From Haloquadratum walsbyi C23 (GTDB taxonomy: Archaea > Halobacteriota > Halobacteria > Halobacteriales > Haloferacaceae), in assembly GCF_000237865.1 (NCBI RefSeq), contig NC_017459.1, positions 240,001 through 272,000 of the forward strand: DNA of 32,000 bases. The letters are read 5' to 3'. The translations under genes were made by a program, and so were the position numbers. This document shows positions 15,320 through 24,993 of the stretch, piece after piece. The notes under the pieces are model-generated. The model was not told where the DNA came from. It saw nothing but the letters and a program-made list of their open reading frames with translations, and made no database searches. Position 1 is the stretch's first letter, and each line of letters begins with the position of its first letter.

Positions 15320-17155
15320 CTAAAATACTGCTATTGCACCGATATATGCAGTAAAATACGTCGCTGTTCCTGACAGAAGCGCAAGTCCGACACGATATCC
15401 GACAAGCGAGCGTTCAAGCCCTTGTTCTAGTCCTGTGGCAAGAATGGTAAGGATAGCTGCTAAAAGAAGAATATAAATACCGACAGCAATCCCAAGTATC
15501 TCTGGTGGAATTGCTGTTGCACCGCTGACGGTGGACCCAACAGTCGGAGGCTGTGAAGATGGTCCAAGAGCCGGTCCTGTTGTTGCACTCATCGAATCGG
15601 TTGAACCGCTTGCCTCAGCCATTTTTGTTGCCATTGAAACTGTTGCCCCACCCACAAGCGGTCCAAACAGTGCTGCTGTGTGGCTGAGTGTTCCAGTAAT
15701 ACTCGCGAGTTCACGTCGTGCGGCTGACTCTGTTTGTTGAACTGTTCGAAGATGATCGGCGAGTGTCTGAAGCGTCTCACCAGCAGGTCGCCCTTCTCGT
15801 GCTGCAACCCCGATGAGCACTGCTGTTGCACGTGCTCTATCACTGGGAACATCTGAAAGCGCGCCGTATGGACCCAAGAATGCTTGCTGGATATCGACAC
15901 GAAGGCGATGTTGAACACCGGCAGCTGTTTTGAAGACAGTGCTTGTCTCACCAATCGTTGCATCCGCAGCAGCGGTCAGTGATGTTTCGACTGCCTCACC
16001 TGCTCCAACACGTCGCCCGATAACAGCGGTTGCGTCTGCGAGTCCCGATTCAATATCTGCAACTTGCTTTCGAACCGCCGCAGCAGGGTGATATTGAACG
16101 GTAAGCCCAGCACCGACTCCGATTCCACAAGCAGCGATTGGACCACCCCATGGGACGACTGTCGAGCCGATACCCCATCCAATAAGGGCACCAGCTGATA
16201 CAGCAACAATACCACGGACACTGCCGGCTGGAAGCGCAGGATGTGAGCGTGGGATCTGTGTTGGGGCAAACGCAACCGGGCGCTGAAGCAGTATCCACCC
16301 GCTTGCAGTCAACAACCCGATAGGAAGCAGAAAATCATAGAATAAAACGAATGCACCCGTTGGGATGGAAACACCACCAGCCCGGGCGGCTGGAAGAACC
16401 CCAACAAGTGCAAGTGGAAGCAACACCCCAAACGCGTAGAGACCACTCGCCGGTCCACGGACTGTCCCCGCAAACCCAGCCGTTGTTGAGCGGATCCCGG
16501 AGAGGACGGCATCAATTCCACTCTCAATCGCGTCAGTACGATCTTCAGGCGGGGTATCGACTGCTGCCCGAAGTAAAGTGAGTGACCGCTCAAGTGGGCG
16601 AAACCAGGGTTTCCACTCCGAAGCAAAACGCATCAGTCCGGCTGTTGGACCCATGTTTGTCTGATCAACATGTGCCTGCAGACTTTCTGCAAGCGGTCCT
16701 GTTCCAGTCCGCGCAGCGAATGCAGATGCACGCTCTGGTGGACCATCAAGTTGGAGTCGAAGACCAATCCGACCAACAAGCCCTGGTGTAGCCCCAAGTG
16801 CCCGAGTGCGACGCAGCGTTGCAAGTGCAATTGGAAGTGTCTGAGTGAGATATGTCACGCCAACTCCAATGGCACCCGATAGCAATAATACAACACACAG
16901 CGCTCTGAGAGAAAGAGAAGTGCCAATCAGAGCTATCCCTCCGATCAAGCATACGGAAGTAAGTATCCCAACAGGGACGGCAAGCACGTATCCAGCGGCG
17001 ATGATCGTCTCTGGACGGATAGATACATTTAGAAATGCGAGCGCTCGAACGAACTCAGGTGTCGCTGAGACATCTCCTGGATACTGATTGGCGAGTATTC
17101 TTGTGAGCTTCTTGATTCGACTTGCAGTATTATCGAGAATGAGTTCTCGTCGCAT
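15320..17155 (-). CDS. Polytopic membrane platform protein, TadC/PilC/FlaJ-like (type II secretion system F-like)
   Basis: 611 aa with many hydrophobic segments separated by soluble helical regions. It lies immediately downstream of the secretion ATPase and is coupled to it by a 1-nt overlap (TAATG at 17153-17157). The family call rests on position and topology, not on a specific motif. Confidence 0.75.
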   Translation of the reverse strand: MRRELILDNTASRIKKLTRILANQYPGDVSATPEFVRALAFLNVSIRPETIIAAGYVLAVPVGILTSVCLIGGIALIGTSLSLRALCVVLLLSGAIGVGVTYLTQTLPIALATLRRTRALGATPGLVGRIGLRLQLDGPPERASAFAARTGTGPLAESLQAHVDQTNMGPTAGLMRFASEWKPWFRPLERSLTLLRAAVDTPPEDRTDAIESGIDAVLSGIRSTTAGFAGTVRGPASGLYAFGVLLPLALVGVLPAARAGGVSIPTGAFVLFYDFLLPIGLLTASGWILLQRPVAFAPTQIPRSHPALPAGSVRGIVAVSAGALIGWGIGSTVVPWGGPIAACGIGVGAGLTVQYHPAAAVRKQVADIESGLADATAVIGRRVGAGEAVETSLTAAADATIGETSTVFKTAAGVQHRLRVDIQQAFLGPYGALSDVPSDRARATAVLIGVAAREGRPAGETLQTLADHLRTVQQTESAARRELASITGTLSHTAALFGPLVGGATVSMATKMAEASGSTDSMSATTGPALGPSSQPPTVGSTVSGATAIPPEILGIAVGIYILLLAAILTILATGLEQGLERSLVGYRVGLALLSGTATYFTAYIGAIAVF

Positions 17156-19239
17156 TATTCACCTAGATTTTGGGGATTTGTTGTATCCCACGAGACAGCA
17201 CCTTGTTTTGGATTGACTAACTCAATCTCAGCGCGGCGTTCAAGTGTCTCATGACGGTCAGCAAGTGCGGTTCGAAAATCAGCGTATGAATCTGTTGTCC
17301 CTCGACAGAGACGCTCAATAATACGGCTATCTCCACGTTCGATCACGCCGGTTGAGGTAAGTTTCCCATCAATTCGGGTGAATAATGAGACAAACTGAAT
17401 ATCGTCAGTTGTTTTTCCGGTTCTGACCTCCTCAACATGAGATACAAATCGGTCATCACCACGACGAGTACAGGTTACAATGAGGTCTGTTGCACTGAAT
17501 GCAGAGGCTGGTACTCCAAGATCCGAAACGACCCGTTCACGGACAGCGACGCCGGAATCACCATGGATTGTTCCAAGGACAGCATGACTGTGTGCACCAA
17601 CGCGCATCGCCTCATACAGTGCTGCCGCCTCCTCACCACGAACTTCCCCAATCGCCAGTGCGCCATTCCCAAGTCGAAGTGCTGTTCGAAGTGCGGTAGT
17701 CGGCGTAAATGTGGCTCCAGTAATTCCAGTTGTGTCTGTCTCAGTATACAATGGTTGTATATCACGACCATGCTCACGTAATGCTTCAACAGGAAGTTCA
17801 GGTGTATCTTCGACGCTCACAAGACGGGTTGTATGTGGAAGTTCCCACAGGAGCGCCCCGAGTAATGTTGTTTTGCCAGCACCGCGGGTTCCTGCAACAA
17901 TCGTTGCTGCACCACGAGCAGTTACGACAGACAGAAATGCGGCTGCAGCGGGGGTGAGTGACCCGACAGTGAGCAATCGAGTGAGTGTCCATGGCGTCGT
18001 ATCACGAGCGCGAAATGCAAATCCAAGCCCGTCACTCGCTGGTGCTGTAATACCTGCAATACGGATTTGTCGACCAGTCTCAGCAGTGACAGTCGCATCT
18101 AGTGTGGGTGTACTTCGAGAGAATGCACGACCACTTTCACGACGAAATCGCGAGGCAAGCGTGGCTGCACCGGATGGTCGCAAACGGATATTCGTCGCCA
18201 TGCGCTCGTCATCAAGGACAATTCGAATCGGTGTTTTACTGACTGGTGATGACGCAATCACATCGGAAATACGATCATCTGCAAAGAGATGTTCAATCAC
18301 CCCAAGTCCCTGGGTATGACGAGTCAGAATCGCCGTCAACGTTTCAACAGGATCCTCATCAGTGGCGACATACCGGACAGCACGACTTGGTGCCCGAGAG
18401 CCATCTCCACCACCGCCATCGACTGACCCTGTTCCAAGACATTCATACGCCATTGCTAGTGTGTCAATTGCGGTTGAATCGAGATTATGAAATGCCGGGT
18501 CAAGATGATAGTACTGTTTTGCTTCAGTATTGCTATCGACATTCGTATCGGTGGAATACATCCGAGCTGTTGCGTCAGTCGAGAGGTCTGTAACATCGAG
18601 AAGTGTTGCATCCGGTGGTGGAGAGCGTTCAAGATGTGATCGAGACAGCGTCGGGGCGACAAATGGACTGAGTGCTGTCTCAACTGCAGTCTCTGTAAGT
18701 GAATCAAAGCCTGTGTCGGTAGCGATATCCCCAACGGGACCGGCTCGACCTGTTGCGTGGTATGCGGCTTTTCCAGGATCCTCTCGAGCGCGAGTGGCTA
18801 TCTCTGGGTCATGAAACCGGACACGCTCGATAAACCGCCCAATCGCTTGAAGCGTGGCTGCAGCGTCATCTGCGTATGTTCGCTCAATTCCATCGGATAT
18901 CGTTCGAATAATAGCGACGTTATTGTGTGTGAGTGCGTCAATGACAGTCTCTCGACAGGCAGATGCGGATGCAAGGTCACCACTACCTGGACAGTCCGTT
19001 GCATCAACAACAAGTTCACTTCGATCAGGTACCCCAGTTCCAGTTGGTGTTTCAACGGCAACACAACAGCGACATCGGGACTCTTTATCCGAGTTTGCAT
19101 TATCAGACAGTGCATTCATCTCGATTGTTGACGCTGAAACAACAGACGATAGATATTCACAGACTGATGATGGCAGTATCCGTCTGAGATATGCGTTGAT
19201 ACCAGTCATACTCGCAGTATCAATAGATAGGATCGACAC
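17155..19239 (-). CDS. Type II/IV secretion-system ATPase (PilB/TadA/FlaI/VirB11 superfamily) with a long N-terminal extension
   Basis: Walker A GTRGAGKTT, Asp box VSVEDTPEL, Walker B ALAIGEVRGEE and His box LGTIHG. About 450 residues precede Walker A. The exact start is uncertain (Met at residues 1, 11 and 41). Confidence 0.9.
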   Translation of the reverse strand: MSILSIDTASMTGINAYLRRILPSSVCEYLSSVVSASTIEMNALSDNANSDKESRCRCCVAVETPTGTGVPDRSELVVDATDCPGSGDLASASACRETVIDALTHNNVAIIRTISDGIERTYADDAAATLQAIGRFIERVRFHDPEIATRAREDPGKAAYHATGRAGPVGDIATDTGFDSLTETAVETALSPFVAPTLSRSHLERSPPPDATLLDVTDLSTDATARMYSTDTNVDSNTEAKQYYHLDPAFHNLDSTAIDTLAMAYECLGTGSVDGGGGDGSRAPSRAVRYVATDEDPVETLTAILTRHTQGLGVIEHLFADDRISDVIASSPVSKTPIRIVLDDERMATNIRLRPSGAATLASRFRRESGRAFSRSTPTLDATVTAETGRQIRIAGITAPASDGLGFAFRARDTTPWTLTRLLTVGSLTPAAAAFLSVVTARGAATIVAGTRGAGKTTLLGALLWELPHTTRLVSVEDTPELPVEALREHGRDIQPLYTETDTTGITGATFTPTTALRTALRLGNGALAIGEVRGEEAAALYEAMRVGAHSHAVLGTIHGDSGVAVRERVVSDLGVPASAFSATDLIVTCTRRGDDRFVSHVEEVRTGKTTDDIQFVSLFTRIDGKLTSTGVIERGDSRIIERLCRGTTDSYADFRTALADRHETLERRAEIELVNPKQGAVSWDTTNPQNLGE

Positions 19240-19323
19240 AGACTGCGTGGTGACGGGATATTACTTGAGCATCAGGCTGTGCTCGTCTATGTGTGAATAT
19301 GATTCCGAGTGATAATGAGAATG

Positions 19324-19797
19324 TTACCCGCGTGTGATGACAATCACCGTACGTGATCGCTCACGGACGAATGAGAGAATAATATTATGAGAACCCGCTG
19401 ATTGAAAAACGACAGGTCCTTGTGGTGTTCGAACCGGGACAGGAAGTGAGATCACGCGACGAGGAACCGATGTCTTCGCCGACGTCGCTGAGAGAGCGTA
19501 TGTAACTACAGGTTGGTTTCCAACAGTATTCGGAGAGCCACCGATAGCCACAAATTCGGTTTCTGGTGCAGTCAATGATTGTATAGGAATTGTAATATCA
19601 ACATGCCGTGTTGCTGCATACAATCGCGACCGCGTTGCATCCTCATTCATGACTAATTCGCGACCGGCGCGCTCAATTCGGTCAGCAGCAGCGTCATATT
19701 CAGTCGCCGTCCGCGTTTGTGTTGCATCTGTAATTGCGGGGATTGCAATCGCCATCGTTGCAAGGAGTAACACAGCCGCAATGACCAGTCGGATCAC
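19324..19797 (-). CDS. 157-aa protein with an N-terminal hydrophobic helix (pilin-like), unknown family
   Basis: The GTG start gives MIRLVIAAVLLLATMAIAIPAI. It forms a GTGA overlap with the stop of the upstream gene (19794-19797). Confidence 0.7.
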   Translation of the reverse strand: MIRLVIAAVLLLATMAIAIPAITDATQTRTATEYDAAADRIERAGRELVMNEDATRSRLYAATRHVDITIPIQSLTAPETEFVAIGGSPNTVGNQPVVTYALSATSAKTSVPRRVISLPVPVRTPQGPVVFQSAGSHNIILSFVRERSRTVIVITRG

Positions 19798-20657
19798 TCA
19801 AATGCTGCACGAAGGCGAGCCGCTAATGATGTTTCATCCGAGTCATCAGTGTGATTCTCCGCTGTGTCCTCTTGATCGGATGTATTATGATTCCGGTGAG
19901 ACCGTGATTCACTCTCAGCATTGTTTTGATCTCTTGTCGGCGTGTCTCGCTCTGCAGTTGATCTCGGTACTGATTGCTGTTTCACCGCATCATGCGCTTT
20001 CGGGCGATGTGTTGCCATCCCTTCACAGGTCGCACATGTCGATATGTCGTGTGTCGCGGTTTGGTTTGGATTAACTCCCGATGAACGGTCGCTTGAGGGT
20101 GCTTGATTCTTGTATTGTTGGTTTAGCTGTGTTGTCTCCGATTCTGTTGTTATGTCTTGAGTTCCGTCCTCTTCAAGCCGTGATTCGACTGCTTCAATTT
20201 TCGCAAGCGCAATGTTCGCTCGTTGTTCGACGGCTTCATCAACTGCACTCACACTCTCAATAAGTCCGCGGATAGCCGCCAGTTCACCGGTAATCGCGTT
20301 GAGACGTGATTCAATCCCTCCGACTCGATTCATAATCTCTGGACCTGTCTTTGTTTTTGTCTTTGTCTCTGTCTCTATCGGTGTTTCCTCGCCTGATACT
20401 GATGATGACATGTCGCTGTTCGTATGTGCAGGGTGCGATGTCTCCTCAGTAATCGTTGAATCCGGATTTGAACTTTCAGGGTCGATTGTATCGGACATGT
20501 CGATAGCCTGGAGATCTGGCACTGATGAGAGATTCACACCACTATTGTGATCCGATGATACCTCAGTCGAATCGATTGTATCGGTTACTGTCGATTCACT
20601 GACAGCGCGTTCGACAGCATCAAGACGGGCAGCAAGCGCATCATCTGCGGAGTCCAT
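19794..20657 (-). CDS. 287-aa highly acidic protein with coiled-coil segments, first gene of the pilus-like operon
   Basis: ATG start. Helical heptad-like stretches (IESRLNAITGELAAIRGLIESVSAVDEAVEQRANIALAKIEAVESRLEE). LAARL motifs occur at both termini. No TM segment. Confidence 0.75.
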   Translation of the reverse strand: MDSADDALAARLDAVERAVSESTVTDTIDSTEVSSDHNSGVNLSSVPDLQAIDMSDTIDPESSNPDSTITEETSHPAHTNSDMSSSVSGEETPIETETKTKTKTGPEIMNRVGGIESRLNAITGELAAIRGLIESVSAVDEAVEQRANIALAKIEAVESRLEEDGTQDITTESETTQLNQQYKNQAPSSDRSSGVNPNQTATHDISTCATCEGMATHRPKAHDAVKQQSVPRSTAERDTPTRDQNNAESESRSHRNHNTSDQEDTAENHTDDSDETSLAARLRAAFE

Positions 20658-20680
20658 GCACGTCAGTGCTAACCTTCTCG

Positions 20681-20688
20681 AATATGTA
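20681..20688 (-). promoter_or_regulatory. Candidate TATA box for the pilus-like operon (leaderless-type spacing)
   Basis: On the minus strand, TACATATT lies 24-31 nt upstream of the ATG at 20657. Confidence 0.25.
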
Positions 20689-21073
20689 TCTCCGGGTCGA
20701 CAAAATCAGCTGAGAGTTCTGCGTGTGATCATACATGAGTGAATACCAGTGTATACTCCGCTCTATCGCCTGATCCAAATCACGGATACAAAATCGAATA
20801 CTCAATCCTGATAATTGGGTTATATCGGTATTGTGATATCTTGATCTCCCCTTATGATTATTCTATTTTATTGTCGAGTTCAAGATTTATTTTTATATTA
20901 ATTACAGATTCAACCAATTTTGATATCCAACCCCGAACAGAGGATTTATACTACTGATTCGGATTTTAGATTCTACTCAGACACGCAGATAGTGGCGCTG
21001 TCTTTAGATGGCGCACTGGGTGCACCGGGAGCACGTACTTAAAACCCGAAGATAGTCACAACTAAGCCTATAA

Positions 21074-24000
21074 ATGTCAAATCATAACTACGGACGCGCG
21101 GTTGTACTGTTCATTATCCTCTGTCTTGTTGTAGGAAATTGGTATGTAATTGGCAGCGGTTCAGCCTCAACAACAAATCAAAGCAGTATCACGCTTGATA
21201 GAAATCTCTACTATGAAAATGATAATATCCGTGTCACGCTTGATGATGCTAATTTGTCGACGGATACGAATTATATTGTAAATATCGGGTCTGATACTGA
21301 AAACCCCATACTTAGAGAAGAAGCTTTACCATCGAGTGTCAGTGTTTACACGACTAATCATCCAGTTTCGAATAGGAACAACGATGCCGTGCTGAACCAG
21401 AGTGATTTTGATTATCAATATACTGGATTTGCATCAAATTCCATTGAATCTGTCCAAGTAAACCTAGATAATACCGTTACAATATCGTTTACTGGGGAGA
21501 CAAGCGGTTTTGATGATATAACATATGACCAAGGAGAAACTGTTACTCTATCACACGCTGGCGACACAACGTTCACCGGGACAATTGATGTTAGTCAGAC
21601 AGATGCGCTCGGAACACTCAACGCAGGAGATGGGGATGCGATCACTGTCCGGTATTACGATGTGAATGCACAGGAACACCGAACAGATAACGCGTCATTT
21701 AGCGCGGAACTCTCACCAACAGCAACCCCAACTCTGACACCCACACAAACACCGACTCCAACTCCGACACCGACGCCGACACCAACACCGACGCCGACAC
21801 CAACACCGACGCCGACACCAACACCGACGCCAACACCAACTCCGACACCGACGCCAACACCAACTCCGACGCCGACACCAACACCGACGCCAACACCAAC
21901 TCCGATTCCGACTCCGATTCCGACTCCGACGCCAACTCCGACACCGACTCCGACACCAACTCCGACACCGACGCCAACCCCAACTCCGACTCCAACGCCA
22001 ACACCAACCCCGACACCGACACCGTCTCCAGCGACATCGACTAGTGACAGCGGAGGGGGTGATAACACCGATACCGATGATGACTCGGCGGGAGATTCAA
22101 CAAGTGAGGGTACAGCGACACCTACTCCGGAGACACCGCGAGCATCAACGTCGCGTCTTGAGGCTGGAGTCGCAACCGGGATTCATGCGGATAACACCAC
22201 TCAGGTTCAGAGTGACGTTGAGAGTATTATTGAACTGCCGATGAACGCACCAATCGTGAGTGCTCGCAGTGATAACCCGATTGTGCTTGGTGCTGACCTT
22301 GTTGTTCGCATCAATGAAGAAAATGTCACAGAGACGTTTCGTCTCCTGCAAAACGGGGCAGAAACCGGACAGATACTGCTTACAACATCAGCGCGGTTGA
22401 ACCCAACAGATGAGCTTTTGGTTGACCTTGCTGCAGTGCAGAATACAACAACTGATGAGACAATCGATGCGAGTGAACATACCGTTCGTTTGATCGAGCA
22501 GGTTGCTTTTATGCGGAATGCGCGGACGGAAATAATCGAATCAACCAACTCACATCCAGTGGCTGTACTCACGGGAACAGTTGGATCAGATGACGTCACA
22601 CAGATAATCACTGTCATTGGAGAGGACGGAGTCACACTCGAGAAAATTCAAACGGGGGCAGGAAGCCAATTTGCCGTGTTTAACCCGAGTAATCACGAAC
22701 TCGGAGAATATACACTCAAATCTAATCAAGGAGGTGAGACGACTCTTAATCTTAAATCACTGGAACTCACTGCGACAGTCGATGAAACAACGGCTATACT
22801 CACACAGGGACTGAGTGGACGTGTCACCGCCGCTGTTAATACATCACGAGATATCACACTCGCGCTTACTGATGAAACTGAAACAACTGTTATGAACACA
22901 ACCGCAGAGATTCGTCCAGATGGGATTGGGTCATTTATATTTGAACCTGCATCATTGTCCACTCTCACACCGGGAGCGTACACAGTCGTCGGAACGGATA
23001 TCGAAACCGGGGTGCAGACACAAAGCGATATAGTAAATCTTCAGAGAAATACAAACGCGACTGCAACATTCACACGGTCGATACATACTGGCACGCGCGG
23101 TGGCACCGTCTCAATCCCAATTCGGGTTGGTGTAAATCAGACAGCCACAGTGAGAATCAGAAAGAGTAGTGATACTAATGCTGACAATAGCGATAATGAG
23201 TATGCACATTCGACTGCAGTCATTCATGATCGAAACGGGGATGGCATCATTACACCCCGAATCAACACATACGCTGCGAATCAACAAGCGCTTGATGATG
23301 ACACCGCTGGGTCGGTGTTTATCATTGGGGATGAAACTGAGACACGAGCGAGAACGGGGGATGGGAACATATCCGAATCAAATATTGATACCGATATTAT
23401 CCTGAGTGAGGATATAGGATACGATACCGCAGATGCGACTGAGACAGCCGTGGAGTCGGAATTGATATTGTCGTCTGGACAACACAAACTCACAGTCTGG
23501 AATTACACTCATGGAATGAGACATCCAAATGATACCGCGACACTACAACTGAATCCACCGACAATCGAACGATTTCGATCGTACACTGCTCCTGCCGGGA
23601 CACAGACGAGGACACTCACAGGATTGAATACTATAACTGAGACAAATCAATCAATATCGAGTGAAATCGTTGCTCAGGGTGATACTATTATATATGAACT
23701 CATTGCTAGTGGACTGAGCGGGCGTCTTGAGAGTGCTGAAACATCACCGGCGCAAGCATTTCGTGCGCTGGTGAGTGACCCTGATGATTCATATCGAGTT
23801 AGTATTGCGATGCGAACGGATGCAAAAACGAATCTGGAGAACTCATCAATCAACATTCAATCGAGTGAAGACATATGGGTAGTTACCGACAGTGCGAATG
23901 ATACCTATTATCTTGGAATGAGGGTCCCATCTGATATCGATCAAAAGCCCCTCTCGATGGGGAATACAACAGAATCAAATTCAACTATTGAATCAGACTA

Positions 24001-24751
24001 TCCTCAAAAGGAACTACTCACGACAGTCTCCCTACATAATTACCTGACAGAATCAAATTCAACAACAAAGCAAATACTCACAAACGTTCTTCCAGGGCAC
24101 GTACAGATTGACTCTGGACTCTCTGTTCTGCCGGCACCACAGCAGTCGATTACCGGAACAACGACCGTTGCACCGGGAACACAAATATCGATTCACCTTC
24201 GCTCCAATAATTCACAATCTGCGTTCAATCAAACGGTCACTGCGACTGTTGGGAGTACTCGTACCTGGGAGATGCTCATCAACGCTTCTTCGATGACACC
24301 TGATACGTCATTTACCCTCCAATCGATTGATACACGCTCGGGGGTCGAAACGATCGAAGGCTACGCTATCGGATATGTTCGAACGGATGCGCAGTCAAGA
24401 GAAACGCCGAATGAAACCACCGCCGATACAAAGAGCAGCACGGGTGGCGGTGGTGGTGGACGAATTGCCAGTGTGATATCCAGATTATTTGGTGATGATG
24501 TTGATGATGGGCGAGGACAGGGGCAATCTGAAGAGAAAACCCCGTCTCAATCAGAAACAGAGCGTACAACAGAAGAGACGACTCTGGGGAATCCACAGGC
24601 TGTCGTCGGCAATCTCGCAGACGCTGTCCTTGGAACGGTCGTTGAAAATGTTGTTAGGTCATCATTGCTTGGTCGACTGTCGCGTCCCGCTGCAATTGCT
24701 GTTGGAGCCCTCCTAACAATCGCTGTAGCATTCCTCTATCGACGGCATTAG
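21074..24751 (+). CDS. 1225-aa secreted, C-terminally anchored cell-surface protein with a long Pro-Thr linker
   Basis: N-terminal signal/anchor [20 protein letters not shown] (PT)n region of about 106 codons. Many N-x-S/T sequons. A Gly run followed by a C-terminal [22 protein letters not shown], with no PGF motif. Confidence 0.85.
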   Translation: MSNHNYGRAVVLFIILCLVVGNWYVIGSGSASTTNQSSITLDRNLYYENDNIRVTLDDANLSTDTNYIVNIGSDTENPILREEALPSSVSVYTTNHPVSNRNNDAVLNQSDFDYQYTGFASNSIESVQVNLDNTVTISFTGETSGFDDITYDQGETVTLSHAGDTTFTGTIDVSQTDALGTLNAGDGDAITVRYYDVNAQEHRTDNASFSAELSPTATPTLTPTQTPTPTPTPTPTPTPTPTPTPTPTPTPTPTPTPTPTPTPTPTPTPTPTPTPTPIPTPIPTPTPTPTPTPTPTPTPTPTPTPTPTPTPTPTPTPSPATSTSDSGGGDNTDTDDDSAGDSTSEGTATPTPETPRASTSRLEAGVATGIHADNTTQVQSDVESIIELPMNAPIVSARSDNPIVLGADLVVRINEENVTETFRLLQNGAETGQILLTTSARLNPTDELLVDLAAVQNTTTDETIDASEHTVRLIEQVAFMRNARTEIIESTNSHPVAVLTGTVGSDDVTQIITVIGEDGVTLEKIQTGAGSQFAVFNPSNHELGEYTLKSNQGGETTLNLKSLELTATVDETTAILTQGLSGRVTAAVNTSRDITLALTDETETTVMNTTAEIRPDGIGSFIFEPASLSTLTPGAYTVVGTDIETGVQTQSDIVNLQRNTNATATFTRSIHTGTRGGTVSIPIRVGVNQTATVRIRKSSDTNADNSDNEYAHSTAVIHDRNGDGIITPRINTYAANQQALDDDTAGSVFIIGDETETRARTGDGNISESNIDTDIILSEDIGYDTADATETAVESELILSSGQHKLTVWNYTHGMRHPNDTATLQLNPPTIERFRSYTAPAGTQTRTLTGLNTITETNQSISSEIVAQGDTIIYELIASGLSGRLESAETSPAQAFRALVSDPDDSYRVSIAMRTDAKTNLENSSINIQSSEDIWVVTDSANDTYYLGMRVPSDIDQKPLSMGNTTESNSTIESDYPQKELLTTVSLHNYLTESNSTTKQILTNVLPGHVQIDSGLSVLPAPQQSITGTTTVAPGTQISIHLRSNNSQSAFNQTVTATVGSTRTWEMLINASSMTPDTSFTLQSIDTRSGVETIEGYAIGYVRTDAQSRETPNETTADTKSSTGGGGGGRIASVISRLFGDDVDDGRGQGQSEEKTPSQSETERTTEETTLGNPQAVVGNLADAVLGTVVENVVRSSLLGRLSRPAAIAVGALLTIAVAFLYRRH
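21713..22030 (+). repeat. Coding tandem repeat (period 6 nt, higher-order about 18 nt) encoding (Pro-Thr)n
   Basis: ccgaca/ccgacg/ccaaca/ccaact units are repeated throughout. The minus-strand ORFs at 21655-22068 and 21699-22037 are by-products of this repeat. Confidence 0.9.
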
Positions 24752-24993
24752 TGAGTTCAGATATATGTCAGAATTTGAATATAATTAATCTGTTATGTGG
24801 TGGATATAACTCAGATCTGCAGTCGAACACACAAAGTATTTACCAGATACATTGTATTTTTAATCTACACCCCTACCTATGTCGCCAACGACGAGTATGG
24901 ATATATCGGCTCATTGGTGTGCTGTGTGAGTTCGAGACAGAAAATCAGTGGTGACGATTGCGATTACGATAACGATACAATCAAAAACAAACT

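Noticed and set aside
17711-18319. 202-aa plus-strand ORF
   Set aside because: It is antisense to the ATPase gene, whose Walker, Asp and His boxes fix the coding strand.
15320-19239. Interpreting the ATPase/membrane pair as an archaellum (FlaI/FlaJ) operon
   Set aside because: No archaellin genes and no FlaC/D/E/F/G/H-like genes are adjacent. The flanking genes are instead pilin-like proteins of unknown family. This still needs a phylogenetic check.
21713-22030. Possible CRISPR array or non-coding satellite
   Set aside because: The period is 6 or 18 nt with no spacers. The array is in frame within a long ORF and encodes a Pro-Thr linker.
21655-22068. 137-aa (GV)n ORF and the overlapping 112-aa ORF (21699-22037) on the minus strand
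   Set aside because: They are mirror images of the (PT)n coding repeat in the 1225-aa plus-strand gene. They have no independent start context, and their low-complexity translation is produced automatically by the hexanucleotide array.
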